Positions 11,697 to 22,406 of a stretch of DNA of 64,000 bases are shown in pieces (the stretch's first letter is position 1; each line of letters starts with the position of its first letter). Source of the DNA: Amoebophrya sp. A120 (lineage: Eukaryota > Protista > Dinoflagellata); contig CAJINV010000002.1 of the NCBI GenBank assembly GCA_905178155.1, positions 11,014,634 through 11,078,633 on the forward strand, written 5' to 3'. The position numbers and the translations under genes are program-made. The notes beneath the pieces were generated by a model that was not told the DNA's origin, ran no database searches, and saw only the letters and a list, made by a program, of their open reading frames with translations.

Positions 11697-14600
11697 ATGT
11701 TGCGCATCAGAATCGCCGCGGTTTTGAACGGCGTTGGGCTTTCGCGCGCGGTCGGGGTGAACTACGGCCACCGCAACCAGCATTTCCTGCAGCAGGAACA
11801 AGGACAAGATCAATTACACTTGCAGCATGAGTTTCTGGCCGATCCTGCTTGTCCCGCCGGGGCGCCGAAAGTGTACGTGTATAATCTTCCGGACAAGGAG
11901 GTGATCATATGAGAGTGCACAACTCGTCTTCCCGCGTTGTTTTCCTTGCGAAAATAAAATGTTTTTTCACTTCCGTATTGATATATACATCCTTCTTAGT
12001 GCTACTTCCGATCATCTCTTGAAGACACAGTCTGCAGGACGGGTTCCTGAAGCTCAAGCAGTGGCTCAGTAGAGGCGCGCGAATTAGTCATGCAGAAAAC
12101 GAGCCACAGGGCTAGGCCTAGGGCTAGGCCAAGCCCGATGGCTCTGTAGGTGCACCAGCTGTGGTGGATCATGCCCTTCCAATGAGGGGGTTGTCGTTGT
12201 GCACTCTCATAGCCACCCAATCGGCGTGCCGAGATCGTTTGGCGGGAAGATGCGTACTGCGAAAGAGCCCACCCGTCTGGCTCGGCCGAGGAACGCGATT
12301 GCGTCTTTGGTCCGGAGTTCTCGGTTGCTATCGAGGGGCAGCCAACGAACGTGACGCTTCGCACCACTGTACCGAAGTGAACAGTGTTTCTAACCCAGGA
12401 AACAAAGCGAGCGAAGCTGTACGACGGATCTGTGGTTACCGCCATAGGGACGGAGGCACAAAGTGTGTTGAGTTTAGAATCTGTCTTTACAAGTTGGGAT
12501 GGTAAGTTACATGCTGGCACTCGTGATGCAAATCCTGCACGATTCGCATTTGGATTGACATGTCGCCGTCTTTGGAAAGAGAGTGCGGCTTCTGGTATGT
12601 CTTTCACGATAGAATTTTAGTTTGCCCAAACCGTTCCGAGATGATGCGCCAATGCATTCGATCTCAATAAAAGGCGGATTTATAAAGAAGACTACAGGTA
12701 GTTGGCTTTGAAGAGGTGTCAAAGGTCACAGGACGAGATAGCTGTAGCTGTATCTGATCCTGTCGTGTCATCTTGGTGTCGGCCGGGGGCTGCTGCGTTG
12801 CGGGGACCCTCTCTGCCCGTGAAGGTTCAATTGCGCAGAGGCCTTCCAAGCAAGCCATACAATCAATGTCAGCGACAGCTTTGCTCTCGCAAGAACTCCG
12901 GGTTACTAGAAGCCAGATTTATTCAGAATTTTATCCCTGACGGTGCCCAGGTGGCTCCAGATTTTTGCTCTGACAGTTTTACACTGTATACGGTAAGGAA
13001 TCGCTTATCTTCGGTGCCCCGGCCTGTCAGGGCAAAAATTTTGGAAAAATCTGCCGACCACCGCCGCAAAAATTTTGGAAAAATCCGGCTTGGCGGGCCT
13101 GCCCGGCTTCCGGGGGTAAGGCCGGGGGGGCCGCCGGGGGTCGGTTTGGGGGAGGGCGGGGCCCCGGGCCGGTAGCCTCCGGTCGGTGCGCCATGTGATG
13201 CCGCTGTTTCCTGCGGGCCAGGGCAAAGGCGCCCCGGGGTCGGCGAATGCCGGCCGCCCGCAAGTTTCCTGCGCTGGGGCCCGCGCGACAAAGCTGGCCG
13301 CCGAAGGCGGTGGCGGAAAGCTTGGTGGCCTGGTGTGCGGAACAGCGGCGGGGCCGCTCCACAGATTTCCCGAAAGGCGCGCCATTGGCGCTGTGTGCCG
13401 CCTGCTGCTTTCCTTGGAAAGCACAGCCGCCAGTGGCCACTGCGGTTCAGCGGCGCAGCACTTTCGCTGTGGGCAGGGCCGCAGGGCCTCTTTGGTTGTT
13501 GCCTTCGGCCGCGCCCTGCCCCCCCTCCGCGTGTCGAATGTTAGAGCTGGCGAGGCGCGCGGGCGATTGGCCCGGCCCTGGCGGGAGGGATTCGGCTTGG
13601 GTGGCTGCGCCGGGCGAGACCGCCCTGCTGGGGAGAGCGACCGCCCTTCGCCTCGGCGTGCGGCCCAGCCCTGCCCTCTTTCGGATGTGGCAAAAATACA
13701 CGGGCCCCCGGGCAGGAAACGTTTTGCCGGTGGGGCTACGGCCTCCCGTTTAGGCGGGGGGAGGTTCGGGGCTTTGCCATGCCCAATATCGGGGCTCGCG
13801 CTGGGGGCGCAAGAGAGTGTGGCTCCTCGGATGCCTACACTCAGCATGTGGCGCCCCGCTTGGGCGCCCCCTGGCGTCGCCAAAAAATTTTTTTTTTCTA
13901 GAAAAATAGCGCAAAACCAGAGTCCACATATCCATCGGGTCCGATCACTTCAACAATCAATGTCAGGGACAGCTTTGCTCTCGCAAGAACTCCGGGTTAC
14001 TAGAAGCGTGTTGCAGTTTGATTTTCACCACAGCGCGCTCGTGTTGGCTTCATTGAGGTAGGGCAGTCTGGCGCCTGGTAGGGTGTGTGGGTCTGTGGCG
14101 CCGCCAAGCCTCCCAGTGAGTCTGCGCTCATTGGTGTGCAAGCTTCTGCCACGATGTTTCCTCGTTTCTTGACACACCAAAAAAATTGGGCTTGCAGCAC
14201 CTGCCGGAAGCGTCTCAGCTCATGGCTGGGACTGTTTCTTCCAGAAGATGCGCAATTGTTGTGCCGCACACACCTTCACTCTACGAGGACGGGCCACAAT
14301 CCCATAGCGATTTGTTGTTTTTCCCGTGTTTGGTTGATTCGGGATTGAAAGCTGCCGGCCTCTGTTGATTCGCGTTTGAAATTGCCTCGACTTCTGTGAT
14401 TCACGTTTGAAATTGGTCCAAATGCCTTGATTCGCCACCATTCCAGTACTCTGGTTCCCCGGATCTTCGCTTCTATTGTTTCTTCTCCTTGTTGAAGTCA
14501 TGCGGGGGGGCCACTAGAAAAGGCCTTTGCTTGCCGGAGATCCCGCCGGAGTTCAGACTTTGGCGGCGCTATGGTGTGCGGTGCTTTTTTGGGGTGAGGT

Positions 14601-17226
14601 GGCAATTGACTCGGTAGCAGGCTTCCCACGTCCTAGGGATTAGCCATTGGAAGTTACAGAGGGCCCACTCCATGGACCAGAGACAGATCCTCGCCCGAGT
14701 GTGGACTGACAGGCGCACTTTTTTGGTAGCATGCAATGTGAAGCACCTCCCCACCCCTTTGAATCACCTCCCCACGCATTACCCCCCCACCCGGATCACC
14801 TACCCACCTCCCCTGCGTCACCTTGTGACGCGGCCGCATCACCGCCGTAACAAACGGCCGGAGGTGATGCAACAACAGAGCCTGCGGCGGCCTTGGTTGT
14901 TGGTTGTTAGTTTAGCCTATAGGATTCAGGGTTGGTTCGGGGTTTTTTTAGGGTCGTCGAGGCCAGCCGGCGCGATGCCGCCGGCGCGCCGGTATGGCCT
15001 CGGCGGTTCTTTCTTCGTGTTGTTCCCCCCGTGGCCCGCCTTTGCCCCTCATCCTTTGGGCCTCAGCTTCTTCCTGGTAGGTCCTTATCCGGTGCGCGAG
15101 TTGCAGCGCGCAGCAGGTTGCGGACTTATATATTGCCACGCACGTTGTGGCAGATATCTGGCCGCATGGCCGGGAGTAGATGGCGCAGCAGCAAGGCTGC
15201 AGTCCTCCGGGGGTCGTCGCGTTCTGGTCGGCACTCATCAAGAGCTTCGCCGACCACGAATCGAGGAGAACGACGTGGGGAAGTGCAACGCAGTGGGGAG
15301 GTGCTGGAAGACGGGGATGTGGGGAGGGTGGAAAATACCTCTCCACCACTGGGGAGGCACCTCCCCACACGCGGGGAGGTACCTCCCCAGGGTGGGGAGG
15401 TAGGGAGGTGGGGAAGTTGATCCGTGGGCAGGTGATTCACACCATAGCCCACTTTTTTTCTTCGAGGGCCGAGTCGCTGTAGGTGGTAAGCTCTTGAAAA
15501 ACGCATCAGGTGTGTGCTATTTGAACATGCCGCAGAAGGTTGGCGCAATTTCAAAACGCCGGCTTCGACTTTTTTTCGCATTGAAACGCCATGAGATTTG
15601 GTCAGTAGGCCGAAAGCCCAACATTTTCAAATTGGGTTGAAATTCGTTGAAACCGCCATGAGATCTGGTTTGGTTTGGAGTTAACAGCTTTGCTCTCGCA
15701 AGAACTCCGGGTTACTAGAAGCACTTTGCATTTTGATACACTGACCAGTTTCGAAACGGCCGCATCTTCCAGTCCCGCCTGACGCGCACGGCTTGCCGGG
15801 TGACCGATGCTACACTCGTATCACAGAAAAAAGCTAGTATGGCACCAGCAGAGTTTTTGCGGAGAAAAAAGATGCAAGAGTGACAAACCACTAGCACACA
15901 AGTTAGTATTCGAAGTAGCATTGTCCACGACCACGCCAGCACATGACACCAGGAACAAGCTTCATTTTTTGTGTCGCAAATGCTAACTTGCTCTTGCTAC
16001 TACTAGCTCGTTTCTGTGTGATAACTCGCCGATGTGTTTTTCGTGCCTATTTGGCGTGAGAACCGCCAACCGGACCCGGCCCAGTGCCCGACGGCCGACG
16101 AAGTTTTGGCTGCTCTTCCCCACTTGTCGGACGCCACGGCGAGCAAGCACTTTCTGATGTCTCCGCGTGTTGGGGGATTGTACGACGACGTCTGCGATTT
16201 TTGGAACAGCAAAAAGCCGCTGATCAAGAAAATCCGGAAGATGGCCCTGGAAGCCGTCTCGTGCGGCAAGGAGGACCGGCCGGAGCGTGATATTCCGTAT
16301 CCGACCCTGGGCGCCGGTTTGAGCGGTCCGCAAGTCGATCAACTGTTCGCCACCGTCGATGCGACGCAGGAAGCCGGCCGCACGGTTCTGGTTATGGGCG
16401 CGTTGGGAAAACGGGTTGGCATTGCCTCTGCGAGCGTCCGCGACCGCTGGAACGGACAGTGCGTATCCCCCGCAAAGGTAATATTTATCGTTTGCGCATG
16501 AAAATTAAATTCAACGTACTTCTTGGACCTTATGTATGCGCAGCGGTATTCGTTGTATAACCCTGGAGCTGCAGCTTCGTTCCAGTTGTGCAGCTGAAGT
16601 TCATACATGCAGACTTAGACATCACATGGAACAGGACAGGGCTGGGACGTGGTGAAAGAAAGGTGATCTGGTGACATCAAATTTGATGTATGTAGCTGTT
16701 CAAGTGGTGCAAATGTGACGCGCGATACCAGAAAAATATTATCCTTTGCACTGGATAGCGCGGCGACAGCGATGATTGCGTTTTGGTGGACCCCACGGTG
16801 AAAGGCATGCTCCCTGGGTTGGTCCAAGTCATGATGCGTTCCACGTTTTGCTTGCAGCCGGAGGGAGACACTCCGTCTCGCAAGGGGTTGCTGGACAGCT
16901 TGGCGCTGGGATGCATTCCGGTACTGTCGTCCGCGAAGCAGCAGGTGCTGTGGCGGTGGCATCTGGGAGACTGGGAAGATTTTTCTGTTCTGGCGCCAAA
17001 GTCTACCACGGGGAACGCTTCGTCCGCCTCTTGCTGCGGCGGCGGTGAGGGAGGGGATGAAAACTACAGCGTGGTCGACTTCCTGCGAGGGATCGACGCG
17101 ACCACGATCGCCAACCTGCAGGCCGGCGGCCGGATCGCGCGGTCGAAAATCATCTCGCACTGGACCGACACCGATTTGAACGACGCAATTACGGTCACGC
17201 TGCAAGCCATAAAGGATGGCAAATGA
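11697..17226 (+). CDS. GT47/exostosin-family glycosyltransferase (MUR3/KATAMARI-like), copy 1; exons 11697-11900, 12213-12368, 15743-15817, 16028-16462, 16759-17226 (~445 aa)
   Basis: Motifs KVYVYNLP, TDQF...IFQSRL...C...ADVFFVPIW and STFCLQPEGDTPSRKGLLDSLALGCIPV. All introns are phase 0. Differences from copy 2 in exon 3 are mostly synonymous. Confidence 0.88.
11901..12212 (+). mobile_element. GT-AG intron with a perfect 15-bp internal TIR (introner-derived)
   Basis: TATGAGAGTGCACAA (11908-11922) pairs with TTGTGCACTCTCATA (12197-12211); the same repeat is present in the paralog. Confidence 0.8.
12859..14007. mobile_element. GC-rich 1039-bp insert (12914-13952) flanked by a 55-bp direct repeat
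   Basis: ACAATCAATGTCAG(C/G)GACAGCTTTGCTCTCGCAAGAACTCCGGGTTACTAGAAGC at 12859-12913 and 13953-14007; the insert is absent from the paralog. Confidence 0.8.
13969..15722. mobile_element. 1676-bp insert (14008-15683) flanked by a 39-bp direct repeat
   Basis: ACAGCTTTGCTCTCGCAAGAACTCCGGGTTACTAGAAGC at 13969-14007 and 15684-15722; internal CACCTCCCCA/TGGGGAGG repeats; absent from the paralog. Confidence 0.8.
15819..16023 (+). mobile_element. Introner with TSD ACTCG; non-canonical GT...TC intron
   Basis: TATCACAGAAAAAAGCTAGTA pairs with TACTAGCTCGTTTCTGTGTGATA. ACTCG lies at 15814-15818 and 16024-16028. An in-frame TAA at 16022 argues against use of the upstream AG. Confidence 0.88.
16464..16757 (+). 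mobile_element. Introner (intron 16463-16758, GT-AG)
   Basis: TATCCCCCGCAAAGGTAATATTT pairs with AAATATTATCCTTTGCACTGGATA; flanks are GTGCG and GCGCG. Confidence 0.85.
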
Positions 17227-18953
17227 GCAAGCTGCTCACTATGAGACCTCTCCGCCGACGGCTTATTTCAGCCGCGCGTTCTTAGTATATGGATATGATG
17301 TGGGATATCCTATGTTTTTTTTATTAATTTTTGTCCGGCAGATGATGCTGTGGAGGAGAAAAATAAAACAGTGCTGCCAGATCTGATGTCTTCCTTTTGT
17401 TTTGCAGTCGAATCATGTTCTTTTGTTTTGTCGCTTTGATAGCTATTACAGTACCGAAGAAGCTTGCGCCATATTTATTGTTTTTATCTTTCCTCCTCGA
17501 AGCAGTAATACATAGTATGTATATGATGAACCTAATTTAATATCGTCATCGTGATTCTTCGATTTCTTTACACGATGAAGAAAATGAGTGGAGGTGACTC
17601 AGGTCCCTCCAGGTCCTGCGTTTTCTTCAATTTTCCATCAAGCTTTCTGTTGCTCTTATGCCTTTCGCGTTCATGCGGCAAGACGTAAATCTAAATGCAT
17701 GTTGACGTGAACAAGGCAGATTCATCGAACAATGCGAAGTTATTTTGTCATTTTTGTCGCACGACCACGAGCTGCAGCATGGCATGTAAATCATGATCAT
17801 GCCCTCGTGGTTAGGTTTTCCCATTCTTACCTAATAATGGTTCGTGATGGTAAAGCCAACATTTTCAACTTTAGTGACCGCCTATGCTTACACGGCTATC
17901 CAAAGATACACCCTGCCGCCTCCCTCAGTCAAATGAAATCCATGCGCCGTCACATAGTACCTGACGAGGTAGAAGAAGCGCTCGGGTGGATGCATCAGGA
18001 GCATGAGCTACCAAGATTTTATCACTTTTGTTTACGACCACAAAAGCATTCGGTAATTCTTCCCGGATCTACGAATTTGCCATTGCCTTTACATTCTGCC
18101 AGATCCAGCTGGTAAACATGTCAGGGCGCCAACGCTAATAAGAAGAACTTCTTCTCACTCAAGAAGACGAGCGTCCGTTTCTATTTTTGCTGCGCCGTTT
18201 GTATAATCATACACAAGCGGCATGGCCATCCCCATCGCCATGGCGAGGGGAGCGCTGGCAATAGAAGTGGATCTTCTGCTAGCTCGTGGGGCAAATTTTG
18301 AAACGAAAAGCCCGAAGTGGATCCACAGTCGGCGCGTCGACTGTGAAAGATAAAGATTGAGCATTTCTGATGTAAGCAAAAGTACCTGAAAAGAACCACG
18401 TTGACATGGCGGTCAGGATGAGAAATTCACAGAGCATAGGTCGTCTCGATCGTAGAACACCTCAAGGCAAGGAAGGGCAAAAAAAATTCTTTCTCTCCGG
18501 CAAAGGAGGGTGAAAGTGTTCAGATTTTATATCTTTCTCACTGCAATTTTGCTTGCAGATACTTACTACATTTTCACATGCACGTGCAATCTCGCTTCCT
18601 TGTATAGAAGTCGAACACGACGAACACGAACAGTTTGCGTGAGTACTACGTTGCCGCACTGTCTCGAAAGAATACACGGGCCGCTCAGGTCTTCCGCCAG
18701 TCTGAGTCGGTGGCGATGATGGGTACCCCGTCGCGAAAGACGCCAGAAACTAAACTCCCTGTCCCTTTCAACTTCAAATTCGAGTATCGGTTTTGCGTAA
18801 TTCCATATTGTTCGTGCAAAGGTCGGTATGTTAGTAGTAACAATTAACATTTTATCCAAAATGATAAATTGCCAATCGCCGCTGCACTGGGTTCGAAACG
18901 CCTTTAATTGGTGGAGGCTCAGCAGATGCAGAAAGACCGCGATCTTCGGTTGC

Positions 18954-21809
18954 AAATATTCACCAAGCATTTTTGCATCGGTTTCATCTTGTTGTTGTGT
19001 GGGAGCACATTTCGGCAAGGCCCCCACGTCGGATTTGTGCTCTGGCCGGCGACAGGTCTGAAGACCTCGCGCAAAATCATCCGACGTCGGGGAGATAAAG
19101 AAGTGCGCCCCTAGGATTTTCGCCGCGTCGAGACCTGGGATCATAGTTCTGCAAAGCCCCCGCCTAAGATGATGCTGTGCGGGTTTTTCTGTGTTTCAAG
19201 GTCAGAGCACAAACTCGGATAGCACTCTCGTGCCCTGGCCTGCAGAAGTGTGCTCCTAAGATTTCTTGATATCGAACTCAAATCCGAGAATTCCTCAGAT
19301 GCAAGCTCACATCCGAGAACTCCTCACATGTGAGCGCACATCCAAGAGTTAGAAGGTCAGAAGAACTGCGCAGCATAATCTTACGCGACAGGCTTACAGC
19401 AGTGCGCTCTTTGGATTTGTGTGTTGCGCCTCCAATTGCCTCACTTGGAGTCGCGGTTCAAACTTTCACACGCAGAGCGCGGCGATTCGCAAGTTTAGCC
19501 GAACCGGCGTAGCGATTTTGTTTCTGGTTTTCTGACATTGTGTGCCCATCACAGGACTCCTGTGATAAGTAGGCACGCAACACTTTGGGGGGGGCCAGAA
19601 ATAAAGCTGCCGTGCCACTTTGGCTGTACTTGCGAACTTTGTTGCCTTGCGCGTGACAGTTCGATCCGCGTGTCCAAGCGAGGTGTATGTAGACGCAACA
19701 CGCAAACCCTGGGAGCGAATTTCTGTGAGTCACCTGAATAAAATTGGCGCTCAGAGCGGTTTTGCTGGCCAGGGCACAAATCTTACGCAGGCAGCCTACA
19801 GAAATTAGGTCTCAGGACCCCACATCCGAGAACTTCTCGGATGGGGCTTCACATCCGAGGAGTTCCCGGACGTAGACTCACATCTAAGAACTCCTCGTGT
19901 GTCAGCTCACATTCGAGAACTTCTCGGATGTGCGCTGCCACCCCAGGAGGTAGTATTTGATGTGGCGAAAATCCTTGGGAACAAATTGCTGCAAGTCACC
20001 TGCGTAAGATTTGTGGTCCGATCGGCAATACCTATTGGAGCACAAAACCTACGCAGGTGAGTTACAGATATTAGCTCTCAGGATTTCCGCCGCATCACGA
20101 AATTCTTGACGCAGCGAAGATCCTGGAAATAATTTCTGAAAGCTACCTGCGTAAGATTTGTCTTCTCACTGGTAATACCGATCTGGGCACAAATCTCATG
20201 CAGGTGACTTACAGAAATTAGTTCCCAGGATTTGCGTGCTGCGTCTCCAATCGCCTCACTTGCACACGAGGATCATCAGTGTGTCCAAGTGTGGCGACTG
20301 GAGACGCAACACGCAAATCCCAGGAGTGCATTTCTTTGAGGCACGAACGCTGAAGCTGTAGGCGCGCGAGTTCTGATGTGCTCTTACGGAAGAAAGCTCG
20401 CGCAGCAGCTTTTTCCTCCTGGCCTTCTACAAGTGTGCTCCTGAACACATGTACAGAGCGATCTGCTTTTTCTTCTAGGGAGAAGACGCAGCTTCTGCTA
20501 GAAGCTGCGTTTTCTAGAAGAAAAAAAGTCTGCGTCTTCTACAGGAAGACCAGTCTTCTAGAAGAAGACAAAACTTCGCGCCTTCTTCTAGAAAAAGACG
20601 CAGCTTCTTCTAGAACAAGAAGCTGCGTTTTCTTCTAGGAACTCAGTTTCTAGAAGAAAACTTCCGGAAAAAGTGTTCGGAAAGGGGGTTTGCAAAGGGG
20701 TCTTCAAAGGGGTCGCGCAAAGTGCCTTAATCACGAGCTATAAAAGGGTCAGCGAAAGGGGTCAGCGAAAGGGTCTCTGGAGAGGGGTTTCCGCGAGACC
20801 TTTTCAAAAAGAAGTCAAGAAGACTTCTTTTAGAGTCTAAAAGAAATCCAACGGATTTCTTTTAGACTCTCAAAGGATTTCTTCTAGAGACTCTCAAAGG
20901 ATTTCTTCTTCTTCTATTGCACGCCCGGACGGATCAGAGCACAAGGCTTACTAGCGCTTTTTGAATGTAGATTTTACCTTACCTTCCTCTTGCTTGCCTT
21001 TTGTTTTCCCCGGGCCCTACTGGCACCAAGCAGTATTTTTTGGGATTGGGGCGCGACACCTTTCGGTGTTGTATTATCCTTTTCGGGTTGGGTATGTTCA
21101 CATAGAATTTTTAGGTTCAGAACATGCGTTTTGCGCGCTTTCTCTGATCAGGCCGTCCTACGCCCCACCGCCACATCTTCTTCCCTACGATTCTACGTCC
21201 TGTTTCCGCCCCTGTCCGACACCAGCGTCGATAGGGTTTTGAGGGTCTTAGGGTTTAGGATATTTGATTTTAGACTCTCAAAGGATTTCTTCTAGAGTCT
21301 CAAGGTGCCTCAGAGGCGCCTTGAGATTCTAGAAGAAATCCTGGGAACTAATTTCTGTAAGTCCGTTGCGTAGGATTTGCATTCAGGTCGGGATTACCGG
21401 TCGAAACGCAGATCCTACGCAACCTACTTACAGAAATTAGTTCCCAGGATCCCGCATACAAGACCTCCTCGGATGTCAGCTCACATCCGGGAACTTCGCG
21501 GATGTGAGCTGCCAGAGAACTTTCACACGCAAAGTGCCGAACTTTGGCGCTTTGCTCGTGGAAGTTCGATCCGCGTGTCCAAATGAGGCGATGTAGAAAA
21601 AAGTCGGAAATCCTGGGAGCTGATTTCTGTAAGTCGCGTGCGTAGGACGTGTAGTCAGACCGGGACTATCGGTCGAAACGCAGATCCTACGCACCTGCTT
21701 CAAAATTTTTGAAAGCCGAAGCTTTTAGGAACTGCTCTGGGAACTAATTTCTGAAAGCTCTAAAAATATTCACCAAGCACTTTTGCATCGGTTTCATCTT
21801 CTTGTTGTG
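18954..21809. mobile_element. ~2.76-kb palindrome-rich insert (19000-21763) flanked by a 46-bp direct repeat
   Basis: AAATATTCACCAAGCA(T/C)TTTTGCATCGGTTTCATCTT(G/C)TTGTTGTG at 18954-18999 and 21764-21809. The paralogous site (~11062-11100) is single-copy and uninterrupted. Confidence 0.82.
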
Positions 21810-22406
21810 GGTTCAAGTTCAACCCACGGACCCCAAAATCGGTTTCTCTATATGTTAGAGAAGGTTTGCATTCGGAATTCCTGTATTGGACAACGCACTA
21901 AGCGATGTACGTAGTTTTGTCGGTCACTCTGGCGTCGTAAGTTTTCTGGCCAAACATGGCGAAGCTTACTGGTGAGTGAAAGTTTTGGTCGGTGTAGTCG
22001 GTTTTTCGTTTGTAGTTGTGGCCTACGGGCCTTAGTTGGGATTATTATATGAAAAACAAAAAATGGATATGGATATGGAAAAAAGTTATGCTCTACTGAC
22101 GCCAGTCCCAGGCCCAGCTCGCAGTTGCACTTTTGCCAAACTCTCACTCAACACTACCAACAAGAGCCAAATTTTTGAAATGGATGTACCCGAATAAGCA
22201 CGTGGGCATTATCGACGAGATATAGCAGTGAGAGTCGAGGACGACCTTAAGAAGTAGTCCTCTCTTGCTGCAACATTATTTATTACCGATGTAATTAATG
22301 TTGTTCCTCTTCCCGTACACCGTCGAGAACTGCTTTTGCTTCATTTATTGATTTATTTTCTTGTTGTTTCCAAGAACTAGAATATCCATATCGCATATTG
22401 ATCAAC

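Larger units (their letters stand above)
12370..15738 (+). mobile_element. Introner (TSD CACTG) expanded to 3.4 kb by nested inserts
   Basis: CACTG at 12365-12369 and 15739-15743; degenerate TIR TACCGAAGTGAACAGTGTTTCTA versus TAGAAGCACTTTGCATTTTGATA. The equivalent intron in copy 2 is only 249 nt. Confidence 0.8.

Noticed and set aside
13005-14061. ~290-aa ORFs on both strands
   Set aside because: They lie in a very GC-rich insert, cross its boundary, are rich in R/P/G/A and show no motifs.
18566-19144. 192-aa minus-strand ORF in the duplicated upstream region
   Set aside because: It starts inside the insert, and the paralogous region (10760-11100) does not keep the frame; at most a decayed relic.
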